This document shows, in pieces, positions 28,713 through 40,579 of a DNA stretch of 63,989 bases. The stretch spans positions 1-63,989 of the forward strand of contig CAVYHW010000075.1 of NCBI GenBank assembly GCA_963768215.1, written 5' to 3'. Each line of letters starts with the position of its first letter. Within the stretch, counting starts at the first letter, position 1. The stretch is from an uncultured Gammaproteobacteria bacterium. Its GTDB lineage: Bacteria > Pseudomonadota > Gammaproteobacteria > SZUA-229. The position numbers and the translations under genes were made by a program. The notes beneath the pieces are model-generated. The model was not told where the DNA came from. It did not search any database and worked only from the letters and a program-made list of their open reading frames with translations.

Positions 28713-29786
28713 TTACCGAACATTAAAATATATCTTTTCAGAAATTTCATGCCATGCGGATACCTGTTTATAAAACTTGCTGTATGAGTTATAAATTTTT
28801 TGTGCAGCAGGGTTTTTCGCAGCAAGTTCAGTTACCACCTCATTGGATAAAGTTTTTAATTTAGTTAATACGTCATCCGGTAGTTTGCGTACATCCACTT
28901 TATGTTTATTTACCAGGGTATCCAGCGCAGCATTATTTTTTGCAGTAAATTCCAGTGACATGTCCTGGTTGACGATCTTACATGCGTTCTCAACGATGGC
29001 CTGTAAATCTTTAGGTAAAGCATCAAAGGCTTTTTTATTAATGATGGCTTCCAGCGTGGTGCCGGGTTCATGCCAGCCTGGGTAATAATAATATTTCGCA
29101 GCTTTGTGCAGTCCAAAGGCCAGGTCATTGTATGGCCCGACCCATTCGGTTGCATCAATGGCGCCAGACTTTAATGAGGTAAACAATTCGCCACCGGGCA
29201 GATTGACCGGCGTACCACCGGCGCGTTTTAATACTTCGCCGCCCAGGCCGGGGATGCGCATTTTCAGGCCGTGAAGATCATCGGTGCTGTTTATTTCTTT
29301 ATTAAACCAGCCGGCCATCTGAACATTAGTATTGCCTGCCGCAGCCGGGATAATACCGAAGGGTTCATAGCTTTCTTTCCACAGTTCCATGCCGCCGCCA
29401 AAATATAACCATGATGTCATTTCCTGCGCATTCATGCCAAAAGGTACGGTTGAAAAAAACTGTGCTTCTTCAATTTTACCTTTCCAGTAATAAGCCGAAC
29501 CGTGGCCTATCTGTGCAGTACCGCGTGACACGGCATCGAACACTTCAAATGCGGGGATTAATTCACCCGCACCATAAACTTTTACCTTGATACGGCCATT
29601 CGTCATTTTGGTAATCAGTTTTGCCAGCTGGTTTGCGCCGGTGCCTAATACCGGAAAGTTTTTCGGCCAGGTCGTGACCATCTTCCATTTTATTTTAGTG
29701 TCCGCACTGACGATGGCAGGCGCTACTGCTGTTGATGTTGCAACTGCGCCAACACTAACCTGTTTAATAAAATCACGACGTTTCAT
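28713..29786 (-). CDS. TRAP transporter solute-binding protein (DctP family) with a Tat signal
   Basis: 357 aa with MKRRDFIKQVSVGAVATSTAVAPAIVSA. Confidence 0.85.
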   Translation of the reverse strand: MKRRDFIKQVSVGAVATSTAVAPAIVSADTKIKWKMVTTWPKNFPVLGTGANQLAKLITKMTNGRIKVKVYGAGELIPAFEVFDAVSRGTAQIGHGSAYYWKGKIEEAQFFSTVPFGMNAQEMTSWLYFGGGMELWKESYEPFGIIPAAAGNTNVQMAGWFNKEINSTDDLHGLKMRIPGLGGEVLKRAGGTPVNLPGGELFTSLKSGAIDATEWVGPYNDLAFGLHKAAKYYYYPGWHEPGTTLEAIINKKAFDALPKDLQAIVENACKIVNQDMSLEFTAKNNAALDTLVNKHKVDVRKLPDDVLTKLKTLSNEVVTELAAKNPAAQKIYNSYSKFYKQVSAWHEISEKIYFNVR

Positions 29787-29817
29787 ACAAATACCTTATC
29801 TAATATTTAAAACGATT

Positions 29818-29928
29818 ATTCACCACAGAGGCACAGAGGGCACAGAGTTGTACTTTGTTAACAGCGCCTACGGCGCAGTTAACAATAAAAAAGCACTTCT
29901 CTGTGTCCTCTGTGCCTCTGTGGTGAAT
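29818..29928. repeat. 111-bp long hairpin repeat, family C
   Basis: attcaccacagaggcacagagggcacagag ... ctctgtgtcctctgtgcctctgtggtgaat, with an inner gttaacagcgcc/ggcgcagttaac stem. Confidence 0.85.
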
Positions 29929-29941
29929 ATTCTTTATTTTT

Positions 29942-32203
29942 TTATGCCGGTGATAGATTCGCATAAGCCATTACCAGCCACTTGCTGCCTTCATATTCAA
30001 AATTAACCTGCACCCGCGCATGGCTGCCGCTGCCTTCTAAATTGGTTACTATGCCTTCGCCAAATTTTTTGTGGTTTACACGTTGTCCGACATATATGCC
30101 GTTAACTGTTTCTTTCGATTTGTAAGCTTGCGTGCCATATTGAGATGATCTGTATTGAGAAGCAGAAACATTATGGTTTGTTTTATGCCTGCCTCTTACT
30201 TCATTAATCAGGTTCTCGGGGATTTCACTGATAAAACGAGAAGGTGAAGGATACAGGTCCTGGCCGTATAAGCGACGGTGTTCGGCGCAACTCAGCACCA
30301 ACTGTTCACGCGCACGTGTTATGCCTACGTAACAAAGCCGGCGCTCTTCTTCCAGCTTGCCTTCTTCATCCAGTGATCGCTGGCTGGGGAACAGGCCTTC
30401 TTCCATGCCAACCATAAACACTAATGGAAACTCCAGGCCTTTTGCGCTATGCATGGTCATCAGCTGAATGCAGTCATCCCATTCAGCTGCCTGGCCTTCT
30501 CCTGCTTCCAGTGCGGCATGGGTTAAAAACGCGGTCAGCTCGTCCATCGGTACTTCCAGTTCTGACGGGTCGTAATCAAAACCGCGCGCTGCGGTAATTA
30601 ACTCTTCGATGTTCTCTACCCGCGCCTGGGCTTTTTCGCCTTTTTCTTTTTCATAGAACTCAATGAGTCCAACATTGTGCACCACGTGATCAACCTGCTC
30701 ATGCAATGACATCTCACTGCTATCACTTTGCAGGCCTTCAACTAAATGAATAAAGCCAAGAAAGGCATTCGACGCTCTTGCCGGCAAAGCTTTATCTTCG
30801 ATAATCTGTTTAGTCGCCAGCCACATAGAGCTATTAAACTGTTTTGCGACCTCACGCACTTTCTCAACACTGCGTTCACCGATGCCCCGCGTTGGGGTGT
30901 TAACCACACGTTCAAACGAAGCGTCATCATTTACATTATTCATTAAACGCAGATACGCCAGCGCGTTTTTAATTTCAGCTCGTTCGAAGAAACGCATACC
31001 GCCATATACGCGATAAGGAATAGCTTCGCTGACAAAACGTTCCTCGAATACACGGGACTGTGCGTTAGAGCGGTACAAAATGGCGACATCGGCACGGGCA
31101 TTGCCCTGATCTACAAACTGTTTTATTTTATCGATAACAAAGTGGGTTTCATCGCGCTCATCATAAGCATGATAAAAAACCACCGGCTCACCATCTTCAC
31201 CACTGGACCACAGCTTTTTACCCATGCGGTCCGCATTGTTATCAATCAATGCATTGGCCGCAGATAAAATAGTTGTTGTTGAACGGTAATTTTGTTCCAG
31301 CCGAATAACTTCGGCGGATGGAAAGTGTTTCTGGAAACGTTGAATGTTTTCTACGCGCGCGCCACGCCAGCCATAAATTGCCTGATCATCATCACCAACA
31401 ATGAAAACCTTATTGCTGTGTCCGGCCAGTAATTGAATTAAGGCATATTGAATGGTATTGGTGTCCTGAAATTCATCAACCAGGATATGCTGAAAACGTT
31501 TTTGATAATGACTTTGTAATGCTTCGTTATCACGAATCAATTCCAGAGTACGCAGTAACAGTTCAGCAAAATCAATAACACCGGCGCGTTCACAGGCCGC
31601 TTCATAAGCGGTATAAATTCTAACCAGCTGTTCATAAATCGGATTGCGCGAGGTGTCAATATGCGAAGGCCGTTTACCTTCGTCTTTGCGTGCGTTGATG
31701 AATCCCTGCGCCTGCTTTGGCGGCCACTTTGCCTCATCCAGTTCCAGCGATTTTAATACCCGGCGTATCAGTCGATACTGGTCATCGGAATCCAGAATCT
31801 GAAAAGTTTGTGGCAGCTTTGCTTCTTTCCAGTGATTGCGTAACAGTCGGTGCGCCAGGCCATGAAAGGTCCCAATCCACATTCCGGTAACGGGTGTGCC
31901 CTGTAGTTTTTCAACCCGCTGGCGCATTTCTTTTGCGGCTTTATTGGTAAAAGTAACCGCAAAAAAGTTATACGGGGAAATGCCTTCCACCTGGTTTAAC
32001 CAGGCGATGCGATGGACTAATACACGTGTTTTGCCGCTGCCGGCGCCTGCCAGCACCAGCATGTGCTCTGGTGGCGCAGTGACTGCGCGGCGCTGTGCGT
32101 CATTTAAACCATTTAAAATATGCGAAACATCTGCATGTTCTGCCTGGTCTATAATTTGTTGAAATGGGTTGTCTGTGACTTCTGGCATGCTCTGGGCCGA
32201 CAT
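29942..32203 (-). CDS. uvrD: DNA helicase II UvrD
   Basis: 753 aa. LVLAGAGSGKTRVLVHRIAWL is near-identical to the E. coli UvrD motif I region. The C-terminus has a Tudor-like tail. Confidence 0.93.
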   Translation of the reverse strand: MSAQSMPEVTDNPFQQIIDQAEHADVSHILNGLNDAQRRAVTAPPEHMLVLAGAGSGKTRVLVHRIAWLNQVEGISPYNFFAVTFTNKAAKEMRQRVEKLQGTPVTGMWIGTFHGLAHRLLRNHWKEAKLPQTFQILDSDDQYRLIRRVLKSLELDEAKWPPKQAQGFINARKDEGKRPSHIDTSRNPIYEQLVRIYTAYEAACERAGVIDFAELLLRTLELIRDNEALQSHYQKRFQHILVDEFQDTNTIQYALIQLLAGHSNKVFIVGDDDQAIYGWRGARVENIQRFQKHFPSAEVIRLEQNYRSTTTILSAANALIDNNADRMGKKLWSSGEDGEPVVFYHAYDERDETHFVIDKIKQFVDQGNARADVAILYRSNAQSRVFEERFVSEAIPYRVYGGMRFFERAEIKNALAYLRLMNNVNDDASFERVVNTPTRGIGERSVEKVREVAKQFNSSMWLATKQIIEDKALPARASNAFLGFIHLVEGLQSDSSEMSLHEQVDHVVHNVGLIEFYEKEKGEKAQARVENIEELITAARGFDYDPSELEVPMDELTAFLTHAALEAGEGQAAEWDDCIQLMTMHSAKGLEFPLVFMVGMEEGLFPSQRSLDEEGKLEEERRLCYVGITRAREQLVLSCAEHRRLYGQDLYPSPSRFISEIPENLINEVRGRHKTNHNVSASQYRSSQYGTQAYKSKETVNGIYVGQRVNHKKFGEGIVTNLEGSGSHARVQVNFEYEGSKWLVMAYANLSPA

Positions 32204-32359
32204 AAATGGGCGTTATTAACAGTTTCAATAATGGCTATTCTACTGTGTCGGTCCAGCAATGAACAACTGTTTACATATTGCCACACTAGTGTCATGCAAA
32301 AATTATAGTTATCCACTTGAAAGACCTGTAGGTAATGACTTTTTACTCGATTGCAGGTT

Positions 32360-32426
32360 ATCGCGGAATAAATTCCGCTCCTACAAGCACCCTATACCTC
32401 CGTAGGAGCGGAAATTATTCCGCGAT
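32360..32426. repeat. Hairpin repeat, family E
   Basis: atcgcggaataaattccgctcctac ... gtaggagcggaaattattccgcgat. Confidence 0.8.
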
Positions 32427-32466
32427 GCAGGGGCTAAAACTTAGTAGTATTGCCAAAATGAAACCA

Positions 32467-35332
32467 CTAAAAACTGCTTCCCAGTTTAAGGTATAAACGA
32501 TCTTCACCTATATCTTTATCAAAACCATGTGCGTAACCCACACGAGTGCGTAAAGGTATATGGTAGAACAGGTTAACATCTGCTGTAAGCTCAAGCCCTG
32601 CGCTGGAATAATAACTATCCGGTGAGTCATGATAAGCGCTACCGGTCTCTGCAAACACGGTAGCAAACCACTGCATTAATCCGACCGGTGGCGCCATTAC
32701 ACCCTTTTCCAGACGCTGCAGTGGAAATCGCCATTCGGCAGTAAGCAGTTGTGCACGGCGTCCGCGTAATTGCGGTAAACCTTCTTTATAACCACGAAGC
32801 GCATATTTTCGCTGATTAAAAACGGCTTCATTATTATTCGCGCCTAGTAGTATGCCTACTGCATCTTCACTAACGCCTTCGCCACCTAATTTAAAGTTTC
32901 GGGGCTGTTCCGTACCCCAGCCCTGTAAAAAACGGAAAGCAAAAACACTTTCTTTTCCTGTGCGTATATATTGCCGCCAGTCCAGGGTATAAATCTGTCC
33001 GCTAAAGTCAGAGTTTAAAATATCGCTGTCCTCTGCAACCAGGCGTAATTTCACGCCGTCATTTAAGCTGATTGATAATGGGTTAAAATTTGCTGAACTG
33101 TACAACCAGGCAAGACCCAGTAGATTATCTTCATAATCCTCATATGGGACCGCGCTTGCAGATAATGTGTTATCCGAGGTTTTATCGTATATCGCACCAA
33201 ACAATAAATTAGTTTGTGTTTGTATGTGCCTGTTTGGAAATGCAAGTACCGCAGCGGCTATATCACGATTAGAAATTCGATCTATATTTGCGTTTGTATC
33301 AAGTGTAATCTCATTCAATCTCTGGGCTGACAGGAAAAGACGGTCTGCATAGGAATAAGTTAACTGGCCCGCAGGCATCTTTAATTTTGAATCATAACTC
33401 GCATTGATAGAATAATTATGTATCCCCAGGGCGTCCGATCCCATCGTAGATATGCCGAACTCGCTACGCTGTTCAGTTAAGCCAAAGGTTGGAAACCACC
33501 AACGTGGATACATGTTTGACAATGCAGAGTAGTCATTCTGTTGATGCGCTCTGATGGGGTAATCTATGATCTGTAAACGGTCATCCGAAAAATCGGCTGA
33601 TATTGCAGCAGTACCGTTATCCTTACGTTTATCTACGTCAGGTTTATCCATGTTAAGTTTATAGACGGCCATAACCTTCTGCCGTGTAAGCCGTATAATA
33701 TATTGCGCCATTGCTTCTTGCCTGGCTTGACTGAAAAGCACCGCCAAGTAGGTTGGTAATTTGTTCAACTTTTCCGCTAGTAGAAATATAACGATGAAGA
33801 TTGTAAACACCGTTTTTTTCCAGGCTAAACAGAATGTTTCCATCCGGATCAAATTGCGGGTTTGCAGTTATATTTACATCACGGGTAATTTTATCCCAGC
33901 GTTTGCTGGTGAGATCAAATAACTCCAGGTTCCAGCCATCACCTTTTCTCCATATCGAAGATACAACTTTATTGCTATCAGCTGAAACATCAATCTGGCC
34001 GAGAATTTCGCCATTGCCTGCCTGCCATAAAATCTCCCGCAACTGCCCGCGCGCATCTAACAAATGCAGCTCAAACCGGTTTTTTTCGTTATGTACTGCC
34101 ATGATCTGTTTGCCATCTGGAAACCAGCTGGCGAAAAGATAGCGACCGCATTCAGTTAACCGCTTTAGCTTATTGTTGTTTTTGTTGTATAAATAAATAT
34201 CTTTATAGATCGTATAGTTATTACAGAACTCATTCTGTGTCAGTAACAAACCAGCTTCAGGATGTATATCCAGGTCCACATTATTATTTAAATCTATTAA
34301 TTCTTCGCTGCTGCCATCCGGTCTGATAATTATAAGTCCCGGGCGTTTATATCCGTTGTTGCGCACATAATAAATTTCATCACCCTGGTCTGTTGCCACT
34401 GCACGAACAGAGTCTGTTTTATATGCATCTGCTGTCAGCTGAATACCCTGTTTGATCCCTCTGGATTTAATCGCCTGAATTTGCGGCTGAAATTTTTCAT
34501 CTAGCCAGTGCTCATACTCTTCCCACAACGCGGTTATATTTTTACCTAAAACCTGGCTCGCATTTGTGTTGATGAAGAATGGAAACAAATTATCACTATA
34601 TTCGTCAATCCACTCCTGTAATTTATTTTCGCCATAGGTTTCAGCTACAAAATTCATAAAGTACACGCCATACAAATAACCTGTGGTTCCAGATGGCCAG
34701 GTATTAACAGGTAAGTTCACATGGGAAACCGGTTGCAGTCCATTATCAACTTCTACACGCATCATTGAAGCAAACATCGTGCTTTGGCCGCGGCCAATTC
34801 CGCGGTCTGGAAAGGTTTCCTTATAGGTTGCTAAACCTTCTATCACCCAGCCCGGTTGAAATAAATTCGGAAATAATAAAAAGAATCGTCCAAAGATATT
34901 TTTTAAATATTCAGGTGAGCCTGCACTTTTATCGAGATGAATGATATGTGTGTATTCATGAATAATTAATGTGCTTAACCAGTCGTCAAAATCTTCCAGC
35001 GTATTAATACTGGTTGGAGGCGCCAAAAATATAACGGTACGATTAAAATAAACCGGAGTAGCAAAGCCATTTGGATGGTCGCTTTCATCACTAAGGATTA
35101 CATGGGTTTTTTCTACGGGAGACCAGTTAAGCTCTTTTGTTAATCGTAGATGGGCAGCCTCTGATATGGCTAATACTGTTTCAGCAATCTCTTTATTGTC
35201 ATCGGCATAATGAACATACAGGTGTTCACTTTCTATGGTTTTCCAGTTAAGGCCCGGGTCTACTGCATAAGCAGTGTCATTGATAAATATAAAACATGCA
35301 ATTATAACGATAAGTCGTTTTAATATAACCAT
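32467..35332 (-). pseudogene. Secreted HExxH peptidase-like / TolB-type beta-propeller / C-terminal beta-barrel protein, split by one frameshift near 33665
   Basis: ORFs 33659-35332 (signal peptide, IHEYTHIIH, propeller repeats) and 32467-33852 (ends ...YLKLGSSF) overlap by ~190 nt in adjacent frames. The junction is ...TAEGYG(R L *) / AVYKLNMDKPD. Confidence 0.65.
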
Positions 35333-35337
35333 CCAGG

Positions 35338-36999
35338 TTATTTTTTAAGTCCATAGGTAACAAACAGGATACCGGTTATACCCATTATCCATGTCATAAG
35401 CGGGGCGCCAAACATTAATGCGGCTTTCTCATCTAATGTATATATAACAGAAGCAGCGATTAATAAACTCGATCCGGTGAGAACAATCAAACTGCGCTGA
35501 TGATTGTGATTTAACTGTTCTCGAATTTTCTCTATTTCAGTAATTTGTTTTAAATGATATTCGCCATCAGCATAAGCCTTCAGGCCTCTGTAGAGCAGAC
35601 CGGGCATTTCCGGCATTTTCTCAACGAAATAAGGCAGGCTATCTTTAATGTTTCGAAGTAGTGCCCGGGTGCCAACCTGCTCCTCCATCCAGCGTTCTAA
35701 AAATGGTTTTGCTGTTTTCCATAGATCAAGCTCCGGATATAACTGTCGGCCCAGGCCTTCAATATTCAACAGGGTCTTCTGTAATAAAACCAGCTGTGGC
35801 TGTACTTCCATATTAAATCGACGTGCGGTCTGAAACAGTCTTAACAGCAACTGCCCGAATGAAATTTCTTTTAATGGTTTTTCAAAAATGGGTTCGCATA
35901 CACTGCGTATCGCCGATTCAAATTCATCAACACGCGTATGTGAGGGTACCCAGCCCGATTCCACATGCAGCTTGGCCACCTTATTATAATCACGCTGGAA
36001 AAACGCCAGAAAATTTTCCGCGAGATAACGTTTGTCCGTCTGACTGAGGGTGCCAATAATGCCAAAATCAACGGCAATATATTTTGGTTGCCTGGGATTA
36101 GTTGTATCGACAAAAATGTTGCCGGGATGCATGTCCGCATGGAAAAAGTTATGGCTGAATACCTGGGTAAAAAATATTTCTACACCCATGGCGGCCAGTC
36201 TTTCCATGTCGGTATGCTGCTCTATCAACGACTGGGTATTTCGTATTGGTGTGCCATAAATTCTTTCCATGACCAGAACATTTTTGCGTACAAAATCCCA
36301 GTGTATTTCTGGCACATATAAATCGTTTGAGCCTTCAAAGTTTCTGCGCAGTTGACTGGCATTGGCCGCTTCACGCATCAGGTCCAGCTCATCAATAATC
36401 GTTTTTTCGTATTCAGCAACCACTTCGACCGGTCTTAGACGCCGCAGCTGTGATGAATACATGGCCGCCAGTTCGGCGATAATATATAATAGTGAAATGT
36501 CGCGTTTAATTACCGGCAGCACGTCCGGGCGCAGGACTTTTACAATAACATCTTCGCCGGTTTTTAAGACAGCGGCGTGTACCTGTGCAATAGAGGCTGA
36601 AGCCAGGGGATTTTCATCAAAGGTTTCAAACAGGTCTTCTACCGATTTGCCAAAAGCTTTTTCTATTATTATCCTGGCCTGTTTCCCCGGAAAGGGTGGT
36701 ACATTGTCCTGCAGGCGCTGTAATTCTTCTGCTATATCATCGGCTAACAAATCGCGACGTGTCGATAACATCTGGCCGAATTTAATAAAAATCGGGCCCA
36801 GGTCTTCCAGTGCTTCACGCATACGAACAGCACGCGGTTCGCGTTTACGGCGAAACCAGTTCCATGGAAAAATATAAATAATAAAACGAAATGGGCGAAA
36901 CAGGTGAGTGGTAAAAACAACATCATCCAGGCCATGCAACATTAACACCCAGTTAATGCGTAATAATCTAATAAATTGTCCTGGCGTTAATATCAGCAT
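35338..36999 (-). CDS. ubiB: Ubiquinone biosynthesis protein kinase-like UbiB
   Basis: 553 aa ABC1/ADCK kinase-like fold with 2 C-terminal TM segments, following ubiE-ubiJ. Confidence 0.93.
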   Translation of the reverse strand: MLILTPGQFIRLLRINWVLMLHGLDDVVFTTHLFRPFRFIIYIFPWNWFRRKREPRAVRMREALEDLGPIFIKFGQMLSTRRDLLADDIAEELQRLQDNVPPFPGKQARIIIEKAFGKSVEDLFETFDENPLASASIAQVHAAVLKTGEDVIVKVLRPDVLPVIKRDISLLYIIAELAAMYSSQLRRLRPVEVVAEYEKTIIDELDLMREAANASQLRRNFEGSNDLYVPEIHWDFVRKNVLVMERIYGTPIRNTQSLIEQHTDMERLAAMGVEIFFTQVFSHNFFHADMHPGNIFVDTTNPRQPKYIAVDFGIIGTLSQTDKRYLAENFLAFFQRDYNKVAKLHVESGWVPSHTRVDEFESAIRSVCEPIFEKPLKEISFGQLLLRLFQTARRFNMEVQPQLVLLQKTLLNIEGLGRQLYPELDLWKTAKPFLERWMEEQVGTRALLRNIKDSLPYFVEKMPEMPGLLYRGLKAYADGEYHLKQITEIEKIREQLNHNHQRSLIVLTGSSLLIAASVIYTLDEKAALMFGAPLMTWIMGITGILFVTYGLKK

Positions 37000-37027
37000 G
37001 CTTTTATGTGTTTATTGTGGGTAAGGT

Positions 37028-37624
37028 TTATCTGGATAAGGCCTGTTTGGATAAAGATTGTATTTTTGCCTGCAGACGATCAACATCATTTCTCAGTTGG
37101 TCAACCGCATCATTAAAAATTTCAAGCTCTGTTTCTGTGACCACATCGCGACTTTCTTCCTGAAGGTATTCACTAACACTTCGGGAGACTGATTTAATCG
37201 TATCTTTTCCCCATTGCCCCAGCCTTTTACCTGATTGCTGAATCTGATAGGCAACACTATCGCCCAGTATATCTGCCAGTGGTTCAGACCAGTCTATGTC
37301 CATTTGTGAAAAAACATTTTTAAATTGATGACCTAATCTTGTGTCACCGCTTATTTCTACTTCACCTTTTAACAGCATGTCGGCGGCATTTGGAACCAGT
37401 CCCATTTTGAATAGTGAAACAGGGCTGCCGGATAAAACAGTATCAACTGGACCTTCGTGTTCTGTTTTTACCTGAATGCCACGGTCATTGGGAAATAGAT
37501 AAAACGCCCTGTTAATGCCGGTTATTTCCAGCTTGATGATCTTGCCATTAAACACCGCCAGTTTATCCAGTGTTTCAGGGTCCAGCGCCAGGTACTGATT
37601 TATGACTGATTCAAGTATCAACAT
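37028..37624 (-). CDS. ubiJ: Ubiquinone biosynthesis accessory factor UbiJ (SCP2 domain)
   Basis: 198 aa, located between ubiE and ubiB as in E. coli. Confidence 0.8.
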   Translation of the reverse strand: MLILESVINQYLALDPETLDKLAVFNGKIIKLEITGINRAFYLFPNDRGIQVKTEHEGPVDTVLSGSPVSLFKMGLVPNAADMLLKGEVEISGDTRLGHQFKNVFSQMDIDWSEPLADILGDSVAYQIQQSGKRLGQWGKDTIKSVSRSVSEYLQEESRDVVTETELEIFNDAVDQLRNDVDRLQAKIQSLSKQALSR

Positions 37625-37649
37625 AAGGAAGAGGCTTCGTTGAAAGAAG

Positions 37650-38396
37650 CTACAATTTAAAACCTTTATGTAAGGCCACGATACCGCCTGTCATATTATG
37701 GTAGGTGCAGCGTTCGAAACCCGCCTGTTTCATCATTTGTTTTAGTGTTTCCTGGTCCGGATGCATACGAATGGATTCAGCAAGATAACGATAACTTTCT
37801 TCGTCGTTGGCAATTAATTTGCCCATTTTTGGCAATATATTAAATGAATAAAAATCATAGACTTTATTCAGGCCGGGCACGACCGGTTTGGAAAACTCTA
37901 AAACCAGTAACCGCCCACCGGGTTTTAAAACACGATACATGGATTGCAGTGCTTTGTCCTGATGCGTTACATTGCGCAGGCCAAAGGCGATAGTAATACA
38001 GTTAAAACTGTTGTCTTCAAAAGGAAGGTCTTCCGCGTTTGCTTCTACAAAATCAATGTTACCCGCATAGCCTTTATCGAGCAGACGCTTGCGTCCTTCT
38101 TCCAGCATCGATGCATTAATATCAGAAATGATGATCTTTCCAGTCGGGCCGACCTGTTTTGACATCTGCATGGTCAGATCGCCGGTACCGCCAGCGACAT
38201 CGAGTGCGGTGTCACCCGGTTTTAACCCGGTGTGCTGCATGGCGATTTTTTTCCAGATGCGGTGAATGCCAAAAGACATCACATCATTCATGATGTCATA
38301 TTTACTGGCGACAGAATCAAACACGCCGGCGACTAAACTTTCCTTCGCCTTTTCATCTACTGTCTTATAACCAAAATGTGTTTCTTTTTTTGTCAT
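37650..38396 (-). CDS. ubiE: Ubiquinone/menaquinone C-methyltransferase UbiE
   Basis: 248 aa with the SAM motif [10 protein letters not shown]. Confidence 0.95.
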   Translation of the reverse strand: MTKKETHFGYKTVDEKAKESLVAGVFDSVASKYDIMNDVMSFGIHRIWKKIAMQHTGLKPGDTALDVAGGTGDLTMQMSKQVGPTGKIIISDINASMLEEGRKRLLDKGYAGNIDFVEANAEDLPFEDNSFNCITIAFGLRNVTHQDKALQSMYRVLKPGGRLLVLEFSKPVVPGLNKVYDFYSFNILPKMGKLIANDEESYRYLAESIRMHPDQETLKQMMKQAGFERCTYHNMTGGIVALHKGFKL

Positions 38397-38411
38397 ATTT
38401 TTTATCTCTGT

Positions 38412-38581
38412 CCACAGATTAACGCAGATGAACGCAGATAACGCAGATGAACGCAGATGAACGCAGATAAAAATGATTTCTGTTTTTATTAAAACAAAGA
38501 CAAAAACCTTTGCGCATTTTGCGTTTTTCGCGGCTAAAAAATTATTTGCTCTTATCCGTGTTCATCTGCGTTCATCTGTGG
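38412..38581. repeat. Hairpin repeat, family D, with an expanded tandem 9-10-mer (aacgcagatg) arm
   Basis: The left arm is ccacagattaacgcagatgaacgcag plus 5 tandem units. The right arm is ccgtgttcatctgcgttcatctgtgg. Confidence 0.85.
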
Positions 38582-38591
38582 AAAATATCTT

Positions 38592-38966
38592 TTAATCTAT
38601 CTTTCTACGCTCGTGGCCGGCTTTTTTCAGGCGATTAAGATAGTCCTGCCATTTTTCCTCATAGTTATTGCCCAGTTCGTACAAATACTCCCAGGTATAG
38701 ATGCCGGTATCATGCTTATCATCAAAGATGAACTTCAGTGCGTAATTGCCCTGCGATTCAATGCCTTCGATATTAACTTCTTCTTTATTTAATTGCAGAA
38801 TTTCCTGGCCCGGGCCATGACCGGTTACTTCTGCTGAGGGTGAATACACGCGTAAATATTCACAGGGCAACTGGTGTTTAGTGCCGTCTTCATATTCAAT
38901 TTCTAAAACGCGGCTTTTCTGGTGCAGATTAATATTTACGGGTTTTGCTCTACTGGGTTTTGACAT
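38592..38966 (-). CDS. DUF971 (gamma-butyrobetaine hydroxylase-like N-terminal domain) protein
   Basis: 124 aa. It holds the conserved position after hslU, as in pseudomonads. Confidence 0.7.
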   Translation of the reverse strand: MSKPSRAKPVNINLHQKSRVLEIEYEDGTKHQLPCEYLRVYSPSAEVTGHGPGQEILQLNKEEVNIEGIESQGNYALKFIFDDKHDTGIYTWEYLYELGNNYEEKWQDYLNRLKKAGHERRKID

Positions 38967-39014
38967 AATTTGTCTCGTTTAACTTGTCTTATTTAATCTG
39001 GGTACGGTATTTTT

Positions 39015-40346
39015 CTACAGGATATACCGGCTTAAATCTTCGTCTTTAACTATATCGGATAAACTGTTATTAACGTACTCAGCATCTATGTTTATAGATT
39101 CGCCGGATCTGTCCGGCGCAGAAAACGATATCTCTTCAAGCAGGCGTTCCATAATGGTGTGTAAACGTCGGGCGCCAATATTTTCAGAACTTTCGTTCAC
39201 ATCAAATGCTGATTTTGCGATTTGCTTAATGCCATCCTCGGTAAAGCTAATGCTTAAACCTTCAGTCTTCATTAATGCTTTATATTGAATGGTTAATGCC
39301 GCATCAGGCTCCGTCAATATACGTTCAAAATCTTCTGCATTCAACGCGCTTAATTCAACACGAATCGGTAGTCGTCCCTGTAATTCAGGAATCAGGTCAC
39401 TGGGTTTGGTCATACTAAAGGCGCCTGAGGCGATAAATAAAATATGGTCGGTTTTTACCATGCCATATTTGGTTGTCACCGTGCAACCTTCGACCAATGG
39501 CAGCAGGTCACGCTGTACGCCTTCACGTGATACATCTGCGCCGCCACCGCTTTCAGCACGTTTTGCCACTTTATCTATTTCATCAATAAAAACGATACCG
39601 TTTTGTTCGGCATTTTCAACTGCCTGCGTCTTGATCTCTTCTTCTTTGAGCAGTTTGCCAGCTTCTTCGTCTAGAATGACCTTGCGTGCTTTGCCAATAG
39701 ACATTTTGCTGGGTTTTTTTCTGTCAGTGCCCATATTCTGAAACATGCCCTGCAGCTGAGAGGTCATTTCTTCCATGCCCGGTGGCGCCATAATCTCAAC
39801 GCCAATGGGTGATGCGGAGACTTCCATTTCTATTTCTTTATCATCCAGCTCCCCATTGCGCAATTTTTCTTTGAATTTCTGGCGAGTGGTATTATTTTTG
39901 TCCTCTTCAGGTTCGCCAAACTCATTCCTGGCCGGTGGCAACAAAACATCTAAAATACGTTCTTCAGCTGCCTCTTCCGCCAGATGAGATACTTTTTTCA
40001 TTTCCTGTTCACGCGTGGTTTTTATCGACATGTCAACAAGATCACGTATGATTGAGTCTACTTCGCGTCCAACATAGCCAACTTCGGTGAATTTTGTCGC
40101 TTCAACCTTAACAAAAGGCGCGTTCGCCAGGTGCGCCAGTCGGCGGGCGATTTCAGTTTTACCGACCCCGGTCGGGCCGATCATTAATATGTTTTTCGGG
40201 GTGATTTCATTACGCAGCTCTTCATCTACCTGCATCCGGCGCCAGCGGTTACGTAATGCAATCGCCACCGCACGTTTGGCATCATCCTGACCGACGATGT
40301 GCTTGTCTAATTCCTGAACAATTTCCCGGGGTGTCATTTCAGACAT
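39015..40346 (-). CDS. hslU: ATP-dependent protease ATPase subunit HslU
   Basis: 443 aa with [15 protein letters not shown] and Walker [16 protein letters not shown]. Confidence 0.97.
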   Translation of the reverse strand: MSEMTPREIVQELDKHIVGQDDAKRAVAIALRNRWRRMQVDEELRNEITPKNILMIGPTGVGKTEIARRLAHLANAPFVKVEATKFTEVGYVGREVDSIIRDLVDMSIKTTREQEMKKVSHLAEEAAEERILDVLLPPARNEFGEPEEDKNNTTRQKFKEKLRNGELDDKEIEMEVSASPIGVEIMAPPGMEEMTSQLQGMFQNMGTDRKKPSKMSIGKARKVILDEEAGKLLKEEEIKTQAVENAEQNGIVFIDEIDKVAKRAESGGGADVSREGVQRDLLPLVEGCTVTTKYGMVKTDHILFIASGAFSMTKPSDLIPELQGRLPIRVELSALNAEDFERILTEPDAALTIQYKALMKTEGLSISFTEDGIKQIAKSAFDVNESSENIGARRLHTIMERLLEEISFSAPDRSGESINIDAEYVNNSLSDIVKDEDLSRYIL

Positions 40347-40429
40347 ATATCTTTAACCTTCTTTAAAATTTTCTAACTTGTTGTGTTTGTTGCTAAAACA
40401 ACTTTGTAACTATTCACCGAATAGGGTAT

Positions 40430-40529
40430 GGGTACAGCTTGTTGATTTATAAGGACGCGTGAATACATCCATGTAGGCTCTGCTGTAACGTCCTGTTGCA
40501 GAAGCCTTATAAATCAACAAGCTGTACCC
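40430..40529. repeat. 100-bp hairpin repeat, family A copy 2, inside the hslV-hslU spacer
   Basis: The terminal inverted repeats are gggtacagcttgttgatttataagg / ccttataaatcaacaagctgtaccc. The core is the reverse complement of the 17461-17558 core. Confidence 0.85.
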
Positions 40530-40579
40530 TCCGATAACAATGTGTTGACTAGTTGCAATATTTTTACCTAATCGCCATT

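Noticed and set aside
18682-29786. TRAP permease genes (18682-20582) and the TRAP binding protein (28713-29786) as one split, rearranged operon
   Set aside because: They are 8 kb apart on opposite strands with unrelated intact genes between them. Nothing in the sequence shows a rearrangement scar, and orphan TRAP components are common.
38412-38470. Tandem 9-10-bp repeats (aacgcagatg x5), checked as a possible CRISPR array
   Set aside because: The units are contiguous with no spacers, far shorter than CRISPR repeats, and form one arm of a larger palindrome. There are no cas genes.
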